Made by a program: the position numbers and the translations under genes
Shown here: positions 57,850-64,000 of the stretch, piece after piece
Numbering within the stretch: the stretch's first letter is position 1
Layout: each line of letters starts with the position of its first letter
Assembly (NCBI RefSeq): GCF_009914755.1
Contig: NC_060937.1
DNA from: the human T2T-CHM13v2.0 reference genome, Homo sapiens
DNA: 64,000 nt
Reading direction: 5' to 3' (one strand)
Notes under the pieces: generated by a model
Told to the model about the DNA's origin: nothing
Databases searched by the model: none
What the model saw: the letters and a program-made list of their open reading frames with translations, nothing else

Positions 57850-58290
57850 AGAATAGTTAATAACAGATTTTTACTAGATTTTCTGAGTACAGATCACAGC
57901 TCCATCATTTATGATGTTAACAAGTCACTTAACCTCTCCGAGTCTCAGTCTTCCTCTGAGAAATGTGAAGAGTAATAGTCCCTACCACATTAGGGTTGTT
58001 GTGAGGGTTGAGTTAGCAGTACCTATAGTAAAGAAGGTATAAGATGAATGCTAGCTTTATTATTACTTCAGTGTCAGTGTAGTATTCTATGCAAGCAAGG
58101 AGCTCCTGTGGTAAGCTGTATGGATTGGAATCCTAGATAAACCCTTTCCCAGCTGTGTGACTTGGGCAAGTTACTCTCTGTAAAGTGGGAACAATAACAC
58201 TACCAACTTCATAGTATTGTTGGAAGGATTAAATGAGTTAATACAGGTAAAATGGTTAGACAGCACCTGGTACATAATAAATGCTATCAT
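57850..58290. mobile_element. Two MIR fragments
   Basis: CAAGTCACTTAACCTCTCCGAGTCTCAGT; GTGTGACTTGGGCAAGTTACT...AGGATTAAATGAGTTAATACA. Confidence 0.75.
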
Positions 58291-60174
58291 TTTGCTGATA
58301 TTAACATTATCATTATATGTTATTTAGATGTATTAAAGGAAGTTATTTGTTTTCTTTTCATTTTCATTCAAGAAGGCAAGACCACAATATGATTGTTTCT
58401 TAAATATCATTCTTTTCATCATGCTCAAGCATAAAAATGTTACAGTATGCTTTTCTCTGTCTCATTAGAATCCAACAAATTGAAAACATAATCCAAGAAT
58501 TTAAGTATTCTACTAAATTATTTAGCCACTTCCCTGAAAAGCATGTTCATGGATACTTCCTTCCCTCGACTCATTACTGACCCAAAAATTCAGCTAGATT
58601 TAATTTCATTTTCCCCATCTGCAATTACTATCATCTTACCAATAGGATGTTTTCAGTATTCACTCATGTTTGACAGTAAAACCCTAATAACATGTCAAGA
58701 TCTACAGCACGTGTATTTCTTCATTATAGGATAGTTCAGAGCCTCCGCTTAACTACATACAAGGGAAAAGAAATTGAACCACAGCTGTAGTTAGCCATGC
58801 TGATGACAATTACTATTTGTAGTGAACATGTTGTGCTTACCAAGATTTCATTACTGCACCTCAACATCTAAACTGTCCTGGGATTGCATTAGAAGTCCTC
58901 AGACATATTAGTCTACATGTTTTTTTACACAGAATATTACCTTTACCCCAACACAAATGGCAGAAAAATCTGCGAAAAACCTAAATTGCTGTGTGATCAG
59001 CATGGTTGGCACACTCAGCAGAGTTGGCAAGACAGAACAAATGTTGCAACAAATATGCACTCCTGATGTTGCTCTATAAAGGAAAACATGTTGGCCCTCT
59101 TCCATGCTTACCATGAGCCTAGAGCCCAAAGGTCCACACAGAAAATACCCAATATGTGCAAAGCTCCTTGAAATGTCACTGAAAGAGTATTAAGAAATTC
59201 TGAATATTGAAATTCCACCTCAGACCTCATAATAGTTTTAGTTACTATGATGATCTCATTTTGAGGATTTTTACCCAAAAAGTAATACTATTATGTGAAT
59301 TCAAAGCTGATGTCCTTACTTTGCCTCATTTTGAAAGCTCCAATAAAGATTTCCTATCCCTACAGGAACTTTTTAAATCTGAAATTCAACTATTCTAAGT
59401 AAAAGAGTGAAGCAGAAATTACCAACTGACATTATCATTTAAAAGTATCATTGACAACACATAATAAAAAGGCTCAACATATAAAAAATCTTTCTGGTGT
59501 TTATGAGAGAAGATTCTTTCTTACAACCAGGAGAGCACAATTTTTACAAAGTTATCATAACTTGTTTCTGATCAAGATTTTTCAATTATTTCCTAATACC
59601 TATTCCCCTGAGGGTCTGCAGGATCTACTGCAGAGCAGTGATATTTAGCCTTTTTTGATCTTTCAAAGCTTAAAAAATCTTAAAACCATAGACCCAAATT
59701 ATGAATAATATACATATAGGAAAAGTCTGCATATGATAGCATAGGTTGATTCCAGATCTCAGAAAAAAATAATTCTGTATTCAATGAGCCATGGATTTAC
59801 TTCATTCTTTTTAATAGTTTAAGAATATTAATCAGAAGACATTTTCTGTAGGTTCCATTTTGTCAGATTATAGCTACAAAACAGATGTTTCTGAATACAA
59901 TTTATAAGAGTGATTGAATTACCTTACCATCTCTCAGGTCCTAGAAAGTAAAAGCATTTTCTGATGTGTTTAGCATTAGAGAGTCACTGTGACAATTTTA
60001 TCTTGTTAAAGGATTCAAGGTTTCCAAAACCATTCTAGAAAGACAGTTTACTACCTTTGCTTTTATCCCTAGTAACTGTGACCAGGAAATTAGCAGTCCT
60101 GTCTTTAGAAAAAAAAAAGTAGGGGGTGAGGGGCTAAAAAACAGCATTTCTGAAGGCACGAGAAAAGTACTGAA

Positions 60175-60485
<311 letters not shown>

Positions 60486-61208
60486 AAAAGTACTGAAATA
60501 AGGAAGACATGCCATATTCTAGACTTTCTCCAGTATATTTAAGACATTCATTTATTTAGAATTTTTTTAATTTTATAATTAACTTTAATTGCAAGCATGA
60601 AATATCACATAATGTATAGTAGAGAAGGAAAAAAATTCTCAATTTCTACAATGGCTTAGAAAATTTTGGAAGAACAACTATTCCCAGGGTTCTAGGCAGA
60701 AACTAGAATATGAGTCTTTTCTGCTCAAGTATCATCCAAGTTATTAGGGGAACAAATATTCTCTACTGCACTAGAGATTCAGTTTCAGGAGAGTCTAGGG
60801 ACACAGCCCTCTCAAAAACACCTGTTTTTCAATCTTATTCCCCCTTCTCCAGCTCTTTCCGTTTGAGCCAAATGGTTAGACCTTTACCTCATTTCAGTCT
60901 GAAAAACTGCCTTCACATCCATTCCTACATACATCTTACAAGTTGGATTCCTCTAGGTGCTGGTTCTTGATGTTTATAGAACACACCTGCAAATCAGAGA
61001 GCCTTTTTATCTCGAGCCTAATCCTTATAAGTGAAAGTCTAACTTTTAAGACTATTTTTCTTCAGTACTCTTTAAGCATGGTGGTTTTGAAAGTCTACTT
61101 TAGTGAAGCCTTTATCATTCCTTATTGTATTTCCACTGGAGACCCCTTCTATGCAATGAATGAAGCACTGTAAGTAATGAGTATTGCTTTAAGTTAAAAA
61201 TCCACCTG

Positions 61209-61602
61209 TGTTATAGAAAGATTTGCTCGTTGTCTCCCCCCACACAACGTTCATATGTTAATTCCCTAAACCTTAAGTCACTGTGTTTGGAAATAAGATC
61301 TTTAGAACGTGGATAAGGTTAAATGACATCATAAGAGTGTGGCCCTGATACAAAAGGATTGGTCTCCTTATAAGAAGAGGAGGACACGAGATACCCTTTC
61401 TCTATGCACTCACATAGGAAAGGCCATGTGAAAACAAAGCAAGAAGGCAGACCAGGAAAAGAGCCCTCACCAAAAACTGAATTTGACAGCACCATGATCT
61501 TGAACTTGTAGCCTCCATAACCGCTAGAAAAAAAAAAATTCTCTTGTTAAAGCCACCTAGTCTGTGATGTTTTGTTTATGGCAGCCTGAGCTGACTAATA
61601 CA
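61209..61602 (+). mobile_element. MLT1A/B-like solo LTR
   Basis: TG...CCTTATAAGAAGAGG...GGCAGCCTGAGCTGACTAATACA, flanked by ACCTG / ATCTG. Confidence 0.85.
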
Positions 61603-61680
61603 ATCTGATAAAATTTCAAAAACATTAACACATTCTAGTCGACATCTAAATTTCTTTTAGTCTAGAACTGATTTTTTTTA

Positions 61681-61810
61681 GTTGGGCATTGTGGCTTGCA
61701 CCTATAATCTCAGCTATTTAGTTTGAGGCTGCAGTGAGCTATGATCACACCACTGCACTCCAGCCTGGGCAACAGAGCAAGATCCCATTTCTTAAAAAAA
61801 AAAAAAAAAA
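61681..61810 (+). mobile_element. Deleted Alu right-arm monomer (FRAM/AluJ-like)
   Basis: GAGGCTGCAGTGAGCTATGATCACACCACTGCACTCCAGCCTGGGC followed by an A tail. Confidence 0.8.
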
Positions 61811-62245
61811 CCAGAACAATAAATATGTTTAAAGCCCAAAGTACAGGACTATTTCTATCTATTGGCATGATGAGCGGAGAAGACTTCTTTATAGAAAAGG
61901 ATCTTGCTGGTTGGGCAGAATTTTGAGTTCTTATAACTTTTGGCCTCAGATATTTCATCAAGTGCAGATGTCCATCTGCATACTTTTTGATCAAATATGG
62001 TATAGTGGTAAGAACCCATCTCTAAAAGTAAAAAACAAATAATTTTAAAAGACAATTTTTCCTTATGGATAAAACACTACTGTAAAATCAGGGATGCTTC
62101 AGGTGGTTCAAGTATTTCAATTCAAACATTTCTGTTCGCTGGCTGCTAAAATAATTCTAGAAACCCACTTTTAGGAATATTGAAATTTTACTTGAAGCCA
62201 TTATGCCATAAACTACCAATTTCAACTCAAAATGTGGTCTTTCTT

Positions 62246-62513
62246 TCCCATTTCAATCTATGTGTTACTGTACAAAGAGGAAAATCCCATTTCAAATATG
62301 TGTTACTGTACAAAGAGGAAAATCCCATTTCAAAACATGTTACTGTACAAAGAGGAAAATCCCATTTCAAAATATGTGTTACTGTACAAAGAGGAAAATC
62401 CCATTTCAAAACATGTTACTGTACAAAGAGGAAAATCCCATTTCAAAATATGTGTTACTGTACAAAGAGGAAAATCCCATTTCAAAATGTGTTACTGCAC
62501 AAAGAGGAAAATC
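62246..62513. repeat. Minisatellite, about 7 units of 37-39 bp
   Basis: Head-to-tail unit (AT)GTGTTACTGTACAAAGAGGAAAATCCCATTTCAAA(AC/AT). Confidence 0.97.
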
Positions 62514-64000
62514 GACATAGTTCCTGCCATCAAGGTGTTTACAGTTTTATGAAAGGACAGATTTAACCGAATAACTACAGGGTTCCCAGAGGTTCAAGTG
62601 TGTTTGGTAATCCACACACATATCACATTTACTGGCACCCAATTAATGCATGAAGACTAATAGGAGAGTCACCTTAGAGTTCCTTGTTTCATAAAGTACA
62701 CAGAAATATATTTAATTTTCTCAGATGTATATTATGCTACAAAAATGCATTGAGGTTATATTTTTGGAAACAGTGTTTAATATGAGAATGAGTAACAAAA
62801 AGGCCAATAGAACTGAAAGGATTAATTTATAAAGAAAGACTGAAAAGAATAAATGTCAATAGTGAGACCAAATAAAAACTGAAGAGGAATATAACAATAG
62901 CGATAAACTCAAAAGTGTTTAGAAAAGAAAGAAACTTCAATAATGAGCCAAAAGTAAGAAAACGATTATTCACCTAAAAAATGAGCACCAGCTTTGTTAT
63001 TAAGCTAGAGACGCAGTCAAAGCAAAAGGCTGCATGAACTCAGAAATAAGGAAAGAAATTCCAAGGGCTATCTATGTGGTCACTAAAGGGAAGGTAGCTA
63101 TTAGCCATTTATCCGTTCATGTTTATCCTTACTGAGAGCATTTATCTTGGTAGAGACACCAGGAGAGTTTTTTAATAGTTCAAAAATATTTTACAGGAAA
63201 AAATATATTCAGGGAAAGTCAGACTGAGAATTGTCCAGGCCAAGGAATATGTATTCCTACTCTGACCTGTTGTCTTTTCTTGGAAAATTCAGGACAGAAT
63301 GAAGTTTCTTTCTTCTGTGAGAAATCAGTCTCAGGTCCCTACTAATGTGGCACTTTTCTGTCCTAGGTAAAACAGTCTTCTTGATACTAGGTAAGGGGAA
63401 AGGTGAAGAGCTGTGTTTTTCCACAGACCTCGAAGAAATATCTCAGCAAGGAGTCTCCAGTCCCCTTACTGTCCAGAACAAATAACGTGAATTTATCTAG
63501 ACTTGAGAATTGATCAGGTTAATTATAATACTCTCAATATTTATAATTTTTAATTACATAATTTGGAATTGAGTCTGTAGGTCTACTGAGTCAGTTAATA
63601 AAAGCAGAACCCCCTTCTAAAATTACTCATAAGAAAAAAAATCTAATTTTTTTATTTTTAATTTTTTTCTGAATACTTTAAATAACGCTGAAATATCAAT
63701 AACAGCTTAGTGTAATGTTTGCTTCTCCCTGCAATAAGCTTATTTCTAAAGATGCCTCAAAGAGAGAAGAAAATGGAAGTAGCCAGGCAAGCACATTGCT
63801 CCAGCCATTGGGTTTACGCATTAAACCCAGGGCTTAATGCGTAAAGCCTTCTATGCCCTAACAGCAAAGGGAAGATAGCCTACTTTTCAGCTATACTTAC
63901 ACAAGAAGTTCTGGAAATATGAATCAATACGTTTCAGCACACAATTTACTATTAATGGCAAAGTTATTTCCTGACATCTCAAAATACCAAGATAAACATT

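Noticed and set aside
62246-62513. CRISPR-like array (repeat of about 37 bp)
   Set aside because: Units are head-to-tail with no unique spacers, there are no cas genes, and the context is human. The overlapping ORFs are repeat translations.

Overview
AT-rich, repeat-dense primate DNA, almost certainly human because it carries a consensus-like AluYb8 at 60175. It looks intronic or intergenic. I find no credible protein-coding gene, RNA gene or CRISPR array: ORFs with recognisable homology are decayed L1 ORF1/ORF2 or Tigger1 transposase, and the rest look like chance ORFs. The window holds L1s of several ages, Alus, MaLR and ERVL LTRs, a near full-length Tigger1, MER75, MER94, MER5, L2/MIR remnants, microsatellites and a 37-39 bp minisatellite. 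I cannot support a new gene-level system. The notable signals are structural, where DNA or RNA has been captured into repeats: (1) a ~0.9 kb L1-mediated retrocopy of a non-coding transcript polyadenylated in an MLT1 LTR, with TSD and poly(A), inserted in MER5; (2) a TSD-flanked L1PA13-like element whose RT region is replaced by ~1.7 kb of foreign DNA with a twin-priming-like inversion; (3) three short locally templated copies (direct and inverted) at 53-57 kb. Repeat subfamily names come from my recall of consensus sequences, not from a search, and boundaries of old repeats are approximate.
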